DNA of 64,000 nucleotides from the NCBI GenBank assembly GCA_035084275.1, contig CM068757.1, forward strand, positions 7,874,001-7,938,000, given 5' to 3'. The notes under the pieces are model-generated. The model saw only the letters and a program-made list of their open reading frames with translations. It did no database searches and was not told the DNA's origin. Of the stretch, positions 53,503 through 64,000 are shown in pieces; position 1 is the stretch's first letter, and every line of letters starts with the position of its first letter. Source of the stretch: Hydrolagus colliei. Taxonomy: Eukaryota. Both the position numbers and the translations under genes were made by a program.

Positions 53503-55319
53503 TTAATTTGTACAGAAATGTGAAAATTCTTCGTTTTAGACTTGATTTGGTAGATTAAGACTTGTGGAAAATAGATCCAAATTAATTGTGAAATGAAGAG
53601 ATTTCCACAATTCTATGTGATAGTAAATTTTAGGATACAATAACCTTCCAGGTGAAGACTGTTGAATTTCAGGACTAAACAATAACGTCAATTTGTCAAG
53701 AAAAGAATTGTTCACACCAGGAACTAATTTTTCCACTGTTACTGTTTTGAACCCTGAGCTTGGTTAAAGAGCGCATGGTTTTACATTGCACTATTCAATG
53801 GAGAAATCAATAGAACAATAGAATACCACTGCACACTCTCTTAGCCGGCAATCATTTGACGCAGAAATAAAATAAATTAAATGAACGGCGAATAAGTTTG
53901 CAAGAGGCAAAGTTGATTTCATCAGGATTAGTCCTAATGTGGAGTAGACCGTATTTCAGGAGAAAACACAGGTCAGAGCTCTGTCAGCGATGAGTTCCAT
54001 CGGTACATATCAATGAAAAAATTGTATCAAACTAAATTTCACCGAATGGTTGGAAAATTTCCTTTATCATGTTGAAAGGTCTCAAAATGCTTGCGATAGA
54101 AAGATAAAGCATTCTCAATGTCACTACCATACCTTGCATTCAGACGATGATGGATAGAAACTAAGTCCCTATTCATCTCTTTCCACAAGCCACAATGTCT
54201 AAATCTACATTCACCACTTTTCACCTCTATGTTGTAGCTTGTTCATATATCCTGTTTTACCAAATCTTTTTTCCCCAAAGGAGAGCTGGAGAAAATGCAC
54301 ATATCCTTTTGGGCAATATCCCTGTTCATTGGAATGTGAGCACTGCGCTACGCTATTGCCCTACGCCTCGAAAAATCCAAATTAAATGATTTAAACATTG
54401 GACGATATTGTGAGTTCCCCAACAGCCATGTTAAGCACAATGAGGCTTATTTATGTATCGTTAAAAATTGAATCCTGCTGTGGGAGCAGTAATGAACACA
54501 AGCCCTATGTATACTGGGGAGAGTAAAAACTATGATAATTTTGGCACAAGGTGAAGCTAAACGTCTTTCTTTTTCCTGCCTGTTTTGTACATTTTATTCC
54601 TCTCCGTGCTCAAGCTGCTCACCAGAACATGTCAGTAACAATTTATAATACTCATTTTAATACACAAGATGTGGAATAATGTGGATCATTAGAGTTGAGA
54701 AACGTATTTCTTTGGTTAATAAATATTTGTAACCGGGATTAATTGATCCTAAAAGTTGTACTTATTAAAGACGCAATAAGGGAGTACAGCTGCTTCCAGT
54801 TCAACCTGCATTAAATGTATTGGGCTATGGATTATTCAATATCTCTAAAATTTGCTTTAACAAATGAACTCTGGGTCGGGTCATTTGTAACATGAACAGG
54901 TTTGTGCTAAATGCAGCTGCTGATGCTGTCTTCATACTGCTATAATGAACAGTGTTAATGAACGACATTATACTTATTATGGATCTCCTTTATTACTACA
55001 AATTCAGTACATCTGAACCTTCATCTCAAATCAGCTCATTTCGCAGTGAACAGCATTTGAGGCACCTGAAGTCTGCAGTAGCATAACTAAAACGTGTAGT
55101 AATCCCCGACACCCCACACTCACATACGCACACACATACACACAAACACACACATACCTCCAGAGTGCGCTCCCGTTAGAGAGTGTACTCTTTGTGTTGT
55201 GCTCTATAATATCATTTCTTTTCTTTTTCATTCAAATACAATCATCTTAACTGCCGCCTATCCCCCTCCCCTCATGGTGAGCAATGCCCCACCACCCCGC
55301 CACGTCTCCAGTTGTTAAT

Positions 55320-55470
55320 GTTAAGCAAGGATCATTAAAACGTAAATGTCCTGACCTGAATTGGCAATATCGTGCATTGTAATTACAGAAGAATTGGAGT
55401 CATTAACCCACCTCGAACAGCAGGTTTTCATTAGGTGATAAGAGTATGCCACGGTCCCCACTGAGCTCCT
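55320..55470. promoter_or_regulatory. Candidate conserved non-coding element
   Basis: Dense TCATTA/GTAATTAC/TGACCT/TGATAA motifs with CpG retention; not a recognisable repeat. Confidence 0.35.
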
Positions 55471-57744
55471 TACCGCATGGTTTATTGTGTGCCTGTGGCA
55501 GGAGGTTCGGCAAAATCGACTCCAACAATTAAGTCCAATATAGTTCTGATTTTTAATAAAAACCCTTTCGTCACAGTACTCAGTATTTGGGGTGAGGAGC
55601 ATGAATCTGGAGCTCTGACTGTTGCTTTTGCTGCCAATGCTTGCATCAGTCACAGTGTAGACTGAGTTCCTGGGATTCTACAATAACACATACCTATTTG
55701 AATATATTGGGAATGAATAGACACCTGGACTGATGTTGAATCAGACATTATTGCCCCCTCAGGAGGCCTGAAATTGTGTATTGCAGTGCAGACTGATGGG
55801 CCCAGGGCATCACCTGACATTGTGAGGTAGAAGTGGGACTCTTGCTATCTTTAGGCTAGTGCCTGGCCACTCGTATCAGCTGCCACCCCTCATCGCAATA
55901 TTAAACCTATGCTGGAAATGGCAAATGTTTTTGTTCTCTTCATGTTCATTGAGTAGAGATTTTTTGAATTGCACTTTTTAATTTTTTTAATTGCACTTTT
56001 TAATGCAGTGACAGCATGAATCAATCTGTTTTGCCCAAAGTAATGACACAGAGGTGCCAGTGGGCACTTAGTGAGACTTCAGAAAGTGACTGCACAAAGG
56101 GGGGGCTTCAGTCTACAAAGATGGATTGCGAATGCACACAGATTTAACCCAGCACTGGGCTCACTCCACATTAAAGTACATTGTTGGGAGACTGGACTTC
56201 TGATCATAACATCCCAATCCTGGTGTTGCAGACATTTATCGATAGTACACAGCAACCTAGAGTAAACCTTTCTAGCAGGTCTCAGTGATCACCATCTCTG
56301 TAAAATCCTGTCGTGTAAATCCAGCATTTATGGCTGATTTCCTTTTTGCAAGATCCCACACATCTAAGAAACTGTCAGGGCATTTCATTTAAGGGTTACA
56401 GCAGGCATTTCTGTTGGTTATTTGGAAGAATTCCAATTATCCCTGTTTGAAATTCATGGGATCGTAAGGCTTGAATCCCAAGTCCCTTCTGGAGCCAAGT
56501 CTGTAAATTATGGGTGCTCACGGGCACTTTAGCTTTCTCCTAGGAAGACATTCGCTAGAATCAAAGCTTCGTTACTTAAAACACAAAATCGTCAACCACA
56601 AAGCTAGACTTTTACAAGATAGAAATTACAAATTGCGACAAAACATAACTCTGCTCAATAAAGATAAATAAAAGACGACAGTTCCCTTTGATTCAGTGGA
56701 CTAATTCAGAAAAGCTGGTTTAGGAAGAAAGCAGTTGTAAAACAGATGCTGAATAATTATTTTTCACCCCAAGGAGGGACCTCCGAGTATTTTGGAAGCT
56801 GGTGAATATTTTATCAAATGCTTTTTCAAAGAGAGCAAAGCTGTGTATGAAGAGATCACACAAATTCTCAAGGGGGTGGGGTGGTCGGGGGTGTGGGGGA
56901 AGAGACTCTTAAAAATGCCTTACATCTGGTCACAATCATGAATTCTGAAATCTGATTTAACTGAGGACAATACATGAATTGGACAACCCAGAGTTTTAGG
57001 GGCTGGTCATGTGCTAACTAGCGGACCACAGAAAGCAAATGCTGTTTAAGCAAATCACAATCCCCAGAACACAAAGACTGTGTTTGGGTCCAATTGCTTT
57101 CCTTTTTTTGCATGTAAGTTGATCATAGTGCAGGGTGACCAACGTTTTCGCTTCACCTCCAAACTTCATGTGTGCATTAAATTTGCTTCAATATAACGCT
57201 CATTCGCCCTGACCTCCAAACCATTGCAACATGCTGCAACGTTTCACCCTTCACAATAAAATCTTGTCTTTCCGGGACAGAGTATTATTGCATTTGTGGT
57301 GTCAGTGATTTGGGATGGCTGGAGGGATAGATGGGACATTAAATGAGAGGCCGCTCGTGAAGGCTGAGCTCCATCAGCACTTTTATAAAGTTAGGGTAAA
57401 CTCAAAGTAGCTGAGAGGAAGAAAACTATTGCTGGACAAAGAGAAATTAATGAGAGGCCTACAAATTCAAGGGGAGATGCTGTAGATACAATCATGCAAT
57501 TCATCCCCAGGGATCGATAGATGAAATAGAGTCCATTAAAGTATCCTCAATCCATTAACTCCTTCAAGAAAGAATTGGCTATGAATCCAGTTGGGAAGAG
57601 TTCTGGGGGAAACAGAGGTGGATGTAGACAATAGTTCACGGAACATATTATGTCTGTGCCAATATGGTTCAGTTGTCTGGGGAAAGTTAGATTTGGAGGG
57701 AAGCAGACATAGGTTTAACAGTGGAGGTGGGGGAACGAATATCT

Positions 57745-57965
57745 GGAAAGCAAGATCAAAGAGGAAGGTCTTGAGATGGGTCTTGAAGGAAGCAAGGGAG
57801 AGGAGGAGTTCCAGAAGGTGGAAGCAGAAAAACTAAAGGTTCTGACAGTCAATGGTGAGGCAGGCAGGGCGAGGAACATGAAGCAGGCCAGTACTGCCAA
57901 CCGGAGGGAGCAGACAGGTTGGTATGGTGTTAATAGGTCCCAGGCAAATTTATAAAGCAAATTCA
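57745..57965 (-). mobile_element. L2-clade LINE ORF2 C-terminal relic
   Basis: ORF 57715..57966: LLTPYQPVCSLR...RTFSFSASTFWNS, followed by ttcaagacccatctcaagaccttcctctttga. Confidence 0.8.
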
Positions 57966-58519
57966 CCTGTACTTCCCGTTTGCTTTAGTTGTCCTTACTT
58001 GGAAGCTATGACTATTTGTTCATTTGGTTGTTGATTTAAACGTTTGCAGGATTAGGCAGCTCCGTAATCAGACTCTAGGCCACTCAATAGCTTTAGTTCC
58101 TGTTAAATACAGCACAACCTCCCTGGGCTACACTAATGCTGAAACTGGCATCATTCATCTGTTAAGAACAAACGGGAAATGGTGTAAATAACATATTTGG
58201 GGATAAAATTACACAATTTTGAATCTTTAAACATCAGAATTTTAATAATGGATTTTGTGATTCACAGTACTGCTGTTTGCTGTTAGTAATTTAAGTTAGA
58301 GATTAACTTTAATTCCTCTGAAAAAAAACTAATTGCAATGTTTAGACATCTGAAGATCTTAATCAACGGAAAGTAAATGGTATTAGTTAATACAAAGCAC
58401 TCATTTAATGTTTAATCCTTCGGAATGTTCCACAAACATTGTTTTGTTTCTTGTGTCTTTTTTCTCTGTTCCTCTTAAAGGTTTATTAACTTTTATTGTG
58501 TACCCGGTGAAGTGATCAC

Positions 58520-58650
58520 ATTTTCGATTTTGAGTCAGACGTTTGTGGGTTCCAGCCCCATGTGGGAACTTGGAATCACGTAGTGAAGACATGGCAGATT
58601 CCATTGTTGGAGATGCCATCGTTCAGATGAGACGTTAACCAAAGGTCCAG
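58520..58650 (+). mobile_element. Deu SINE 5' portion
   Basis: tgagtcagacgtttgtgggttccagccccatg..ttcagatgagacgttaaccaaaggtcc. Confidence 0.7.
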
Positions 58651-59184
58651 AAATGGAATCACACAAATATCTCCAGCTATTCTTTAGTCAGCCGGGTGAC
58701 TGACCTATGTGGCCTCTCATTTAACGTCCATCTTACTGTTGTAGTATCCATACAAGACTGAGAGTACCACATATGTATGCCACCTACAAATGCTCAATCA
58801 GTTCAGCTATTGCTGAAGTATGTATGCACACACAGATCAGGAATGTCCCAGACTTGAATCCTGCTCCGAAGGAGTTGATCTCACCTTAAGTGGGATCACA
58901 ATTTGACTGTTACTCTATCCTGCTCTGCGTGAGCAGGCTATGCAAATGCAAGTTGTTGTTGCTGAGTGACAGTAGACTGACCTGTATTTGCTAACCAGCT
59001 GGTAAGTGATCGAGTGTGGAATGGATTAGGTTTGGTCTCTGTAAATGAGTTCTTGTGTAAAACTTAAGATAGTTTAGGTAAGTATAGCACATGTCTGGCT
59101 TTGGAGATGGCTTGGAGGGAAGGGCATATTTAACAGAGGTAATTACCCCCAACATTTCCACAGTTAAAATAGAAAGATAGATTT

Positions 59185-59294
59185 CAAAGCAGTAATTTTT
59201 AATCTCGGTGTCCAGATGATGGCTATTTATTATTGGAGATTTGCTCTTGTGGTTAATGACATTATCTGGATCCGTCGATCAGATTACTGCTTTG
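59185..59294. other. 110-nt imperfect palindrome/hairpin
   Basis: CAAAGCAGTAAT/ATTACTGCTTTG (12/12) and TCCAGATGATG/CATTATCTGGA arms, short terminal loop near 59239-59243. Confidence 0.85.
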
Positions 59295-60110
59295 TAATTA
59301 CTCCTGGGGATCTGTTATTCTCTGCATAATAATCAGCTGTGATTTGCATAAGAAAATTGAGTTAATTAAAAAATAGATTTTTGCCCAATACTTAAAAAAT
59401 AAATCCTAGATTTGTCAAACTTGGAGGCGTGAATATTATACTAATAGTGAAAATGCCTTGATGACAGATAGCATTTGTATAATACACAGAGCAAAAAAGT
59501 ACAGGTGGTCGGGGCAGTGGGCAGAAAGATCAATGATCAATGTGCAATGAGTGACCAGTTATTGCATTGTAAGGTAGAAGTTTCACCTGGGTGAAACCTT
59601 TCTTGCCGGGTCTCAACGTCTCAAAGTGCTTCACAGCATTTGCAGTAAAGTGTTTGTGGGACAAGTGAACACAATCCTATAATCACCATAATATTTCAGA
59701 CTGTCCAGAATTTGCCAAATACAGATTTAATTTGGAAACCAGATTGCTGCAATTTTTTTAAATAGAAAAAGCAATTTCAGAAATTTTAAGAGTTCAAAGT
59801 CAATTCAGCAATTTGCCAAATTCTGGTCATTCCAAATTACAATGTTAACAGAGTAAAGCTACACCCAGGCGGAATTTCCCCTCAACTTAAGAGTCTGTGG
59901 AATATTGGGGCATGCTTTATATGATGGAATAGTGGCACACTGTGGATCAGATAAGCTCCATCTTATCAGCATCCCTCCATGTCTGCATTCAATAAAGTTT
60001 TGGAGTCTGTCACAGTGAGTGACTAACTGTTGACTTCAAAAAGCTAAATACACACTTCTCCCCAATATCTCAATACCTTTGCAAAACGTGGACAATCTTC
60101 CACCAACACA

Positions 60111-60480
60111 GGATAATATATTAATGATTTATTCTAATTTGGCCTCATTTCCATATATAAATTAGGTTAATTAGAAAATAGACTTTTCTTCACAACTCAA
60201 AAAAAAATGTAACCCTTATCTTCATGAAACTTGGAGGAATATAATCTTCCTGGTATAAGGAATAAAATATTAATAAATTATGCTAACTAGTCCTAAATTT
60301 TATGTGCAAATTAGGTTAATTAGAAAATAGATTTTCTCTTGCATCTGGAAAAGAAAAGTAATTCCTATCTTAAAAACTTGGAGAGTATAATCATTATGCT
60401 ATTAGGGATAAGATATTAATGATTTATGCTAATTAGGCCTCATTCGCATATGCGGATGAGGGTTAATTACCAAATATACT
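60111..60480. repeat. Tandem repeat, ~148-bp unit, ~2.5 copies
   Basis: attaggttaattagaaaatag at 60161 and 60310; aaacttggag at 60227 and 60374; ggataa.atattaatgattta at 60111 and 60406. Confidence 0.9.
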
Positions 60481-61899
60481 CTTGTCTATAACTCAGATCC
60501 AGTCGGTGCACAATGTATGGGGTGGGTCAGAATAGCCTACACTGACTTCAGGGAACTACAATGTGATACTGTATGTTCTTGAAACAGGTTTGAAGTTCTC
60601 CGTAAATGCGCATCGGTGTCTTAAAGCACTGCATTAATCTCTGCTAAGCAGCAGAGATCTTGTTGAAACTCATGCTTCATCTTTGCCCTGTAAAGCTTTG
60701 AGGCGTTATTGTACATAGAAGATGCTACAGAAGTGTTTGTTTTGTACTAGCAAAGAACTGAAAGGCAGTCAAGGTCTCCGGTTGGATCGCTTCCCGCTGA
60801 CTTATAGTAAATACAGTAGACTCCTGATAACCCTACCTTGGCTTAACTTGTCGCTACCATTTAAGTCATCATGCTGTCAATATCCCGTCCGCATTTATTT
60901 ATGTATTGATACAGGTGCCTAACTCACCACCACTCATCGCATAGCCCTTTCACCTCGGAGTGACGAGCTTAAAGACGTTTTACCGAATATACCTCACTTC
61001 ATTGCTGGAGAAATGGGAAGCTCTGATTCCTGAACCCCGAGTCTGTGGCCATGGGTTTGGAGCTGGACTTTTGTTTTGCAATCGACAGATAATAAATTCC
61101 TCCAGTTTTTAGTAAAGTGAATTCTCGCACTGCTGACTTCCGGATGAACAGGTTTAAAACCGTGCAATGCGACTGCTCAGTCCTCGGAGTCACAAGGCTG
61201 TGACCGGTTGGCACTAACGCACTGTCTCTCAACTCACAGAGGGAAATCGGGAGCAGGTGCTGATCGCTGCCCATCGGCTCACAATTTACATAAAGGAACC
61301 ACAGGAGTGTTAATGCCAGTGTATGCCGTGCTGGCAGTGTGTGCTGATGTCTGTCTGACTATCTAAAAACCCACCCATTCCAGGAGACTCGGTCTCTCTC
61401 CTTCTACCCCCATTCTCCACAGCTCCAAACCCATTTCAGCAACAACTACAACAACAACTTGTATTTATATAGCGCCCTTCACATGGGGCGTTTCGGAGCT
61501 CTATTTTAAAATTCCCCTAAACCTAACCATTTCAGTGTGGTACACTCCTTTGCCCTGAGCTATATCGCTGCTGTGATGTTCTCTCTACAACATGCTTTTC
61601 ACTATGAAGCATGAATGGAGTGCTTGTCATCTTGTGGCAAATTCCACTCACTCGCCCCCCCAACCACCACCAATGAGCCAGTCTCCCGAATACACCCTCA
61701 CCACACCTCCCCAAACCCAGCAGGTGGCTTTGGCAGGAAATCAATTTACCTTTGCTGTTGGGAGCAAATTACTTGCTCACATTAACTACTGAGTTTCCAT
61801 ATGTGATAATGTTCACTATACCTCAAAGCAACACATTATGATATGCAGGCAGCATGCATTATTATTTGTCGCTCTTAATTTAGAAGAGGACACTGTAAC

Positions 61900-62220
61900 T
61901 CAGCATGTTGAGGTCTTGACACTTCAGTGCAGTGTTGGGGGAGCAATGCACTGTTGGAGGTGCCATCCTGTCTGTTTAGGTGGACTATAAAGATCCCCAT
62001 GGTATTATTCAAAAACAGAAGGGAGTTTCTCCCTGTGTGCAGGCTAACAATCCCTCAGGTAACATTGGTCATTCACTTCCTAGCTGTTTGCTGAAAATTG
62101 CTGTGCAAAAATTGGCTGTTTAATTCACCTACAAAATACATAGTCACATCATAGCACATCCTGTGAAGCACTTTGAAACGTCTACCCAATGTGAAATTTG
62201 TTGTATCTAATGTAAGTAAT
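61900..62220 (+). mobile_element. Deu SINE, degraded
   Basis: cagtgcagtgttgggggagcaatgcactgttggaggtgcc..aaagatccccatggtattattc..ctgtgaagcactttga. Confidence 0.78.
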
Positions 62221-62265
62221 ACTTTTATATTTTCTTAAAACTTAAGATCACAAGATTAGTGGGAG

Positions 62266-62581
62266 ATAATAATAATAATAATCATTGCTTCTGATATAGA
62301 ACTTTTCACATCTTCTAGACGTCTCAAAGTGCTTCACAGAATCTACTGTTGCAAATTGAATTGACTGTTTATGTTGTGGGCGATAAGTGGCAGCCAATTG
62401 TGCACAGCATTGTCACACAAATAGTCGTGGATTGAAATGTCCAGTTTATTGTTTTTTTGAGAGAGATTATTATCAGGTATGTGGAGTAAGGAAACTTGCC
62501 CAAGGTTTCGCCCTGCAGGGAATTGAACCCAGGTTTCTCGCTTGCAAGGCGAGTGCTCTAACCACTGAGCTACAGGACTCC
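62266..62581 (-). mobile_element. Full-length short tRNA(Ala-like)-derived SINE, well preserved
   Basis: Minus strand GGAGTCCTGTAGCTCAGTGGTTAGAGCACTCGCCTTGCAAGCGAGAAACCTGGGTTCAATTCC with intact boxes A/B; L2-type tail ending (TTA)n. Confidence 0.92.
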
Positions 62582-63402
62582 TTATAAGTTCAGTCCCAAT
62601 GTGGAAGTGGCATTGTTTTAAACGGTCTTTAAAAAGACTTTGAAATTAAAACTGAATTGAGGAGTCTCCCATAATTTTGTGTTACCTTAAACTTTTCGAC
62701 GATAAAATCCTCCCTACAGGCAAAGACTGGGTTACATTTCGGGCCTATGGAGGAAGCAGGATGCCCTCGCCATTGGGGAACAGTGAGAGAATATTGTTGG
62801 TCAGCACCACTTAGCGGTCAGGTCAGATCAACCAACGCTTGACGGAGACTTGGGAGCAGATTCCCCTGCCAACCCTCCCATGTGGGTGTAGACTGCAGGA
62901 GCAACGGTGAGGAAAGAAATATCATTACAAACATTAAGAAATATATATTTTTGCTGGCTTCAATCTTAAAATGAATCCTAAGCATTTTCATAAAAAGTGG
63001 ATGGGTGATCGAACAAAATCGACCCAGAGAAAAGCCGTTAGCCTGCACTCCTGTACAGTCACAGCCACGCAGTGGGACTGTCTCGCTCAGTAAGCTAATG
63101 GTGCTTTAAGATCCTCTCCATTCTGGCGTAAAGATCATTTGAAACAAGAGAGGGACAATTGTCTGTCTCTGTGTTTTCCTTTTTGTTGCTGGTGTCTCTG
63201 CAGTTCTGTGTGTTCCTCTGTACTGCCAAAGTCTGTTGCTTTTAACCCATTGTTAAGTGCCAGAGGCGAACCGCCTGTCTCACAACCGAGCTCGAGCACT
63301 TCAAGGTACATTAACCCATTCAGGGCCACAGTGTGCCACGTCTTTGCTAATCATAATGCTCCTACATATAGCTATTATTTGAAAAAAAGGGGGATACACA
63401 TC

Positions 63403-63760
63403 AATAATAATTGTACATTTCTATAGCGCAATTCATGTAACAATTTGCTTCAGAGAGTCAATCGGGAGCATGATTTGTGTGGAGAGGTGGGGCGGAGGAA
63501 GAGGACACAATGGTTCAAAAAATGGGGTGGATCAGGTTATGCAACAGGCTGGTGATTACTGAACAGAGAGATGGTCAATGGAGGGTTTTGGACATGAGTA
63601 CAATGAGTTTGAGTCTGCATGAGAAGGCATGAGCTGCAGAGTTCTGAATGTTTTTCAGCCTGTGTCAAGAGAAAGTCCAGCAGAGGAGACATTGAATAGT
63701 CCAGCTCACAGATGATTAAGTCAGTGCCTTTCATTTGAAAACAAAGCATTTGGTAAACGT
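63403..63760 (-). mobile_element. Degraded L2-clade LINE relic
   Basis: Minus strand gagctggactattcaatgtctcctctgctggact..cattcagaactctgcagctcatg resembles LDY.N.LL.G...QNSAA. L2-type tail near 63405. Confidence 0.65.
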
Positions 63761-64000
63761 TTATTTGCTGGTAGACAAATGCAGATGTACAACAACAACA
63801 ACAACAAAATTACATTTGTACAGCACCTTTCACGTCAGGAGTTCATCCCAAGCTGCTGGGGACATCACATTGAAGTGCACCAGTGAATCACTTGTCAACA
63901 CAGTGCAAATTTAATAATAACAATCACAAGCTCTAATAATCTCTTCTGCACACACCTAAGTGCAAAAATTAGTGCATCTGTTTTCATAATAGCGTTGCCC

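Noticed and set aside
60111-60480. CRISPR-like array
   Set aside because: Vertebrate context, and whole units are homologous with no unique spacers.
62509-62579. tRNA-Ala(UGC) gene on the minus strand (and a similar head at ~40975-41050)
   Set aside because: It continues directly into SINE body and tail, has mismatches in the acceptor and T stems, and paralogous heads in the window have different anticodon loops. It is a SINE head.
62798-62822. REST/RE1 site (tcagcaccac...)
   Set aside because: Only the left half-site matches; the GGACAG right half is absent.
20000-64000. LMO1 or another second protein-coding gene
   Set aside because: No LIM-type Cys/His exon or other recognisable coding exon found on either strand. 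Small exons could have been missed by eye.

Overview
AT-rich eukaryotic (vertebrate) genomic DNA. The repeat content (Deu-domain tRNA-SINEs with L2-type tails, CR1 with (TTCTATGA)n tail) and compact introns suggest a cartilaginous fish, possibly a chimaera/elephant shark; this is inference. Bases ~2.7-18.1 kb on the + strand carry the coding exons of serine/threonine kinase 33 (STK33): 12 phase-consistent GT-AG exons (3402-18093) plus a candidate ATG-bearing micro-exon (2664-2691), giving ~495 aa with all catalytic motifs intact. A ~1-1.9 kb 3' UTR follows. The remaining ~44 kb has no recognisable protein-coding gene. It is a gene desert of SINE/LINE relics, one Tigger-like MITE, a 148-bp tandem repeat and several repeat-free, motif-dense blocks that look like conserved non-coding enhancers. 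In mammals the gene downstream of STK33 is LMO1, but LMO1 itself is not in the window. Almost all short ORFs in the track are spurious or TE-derived. I found no convincing novel gene system. The best leads are non-coding: a 110-nt hairpin in a CNE-like block (59185-59294), repeated antisense SINE-into-SINE events at the same site, a GATA-rich candidate enhancer, an octamer-rich 148-bp repeat, and TE ends abutting STK33 splice acceptors. All coordinates were read by eye; repeat boundaries are approximate.
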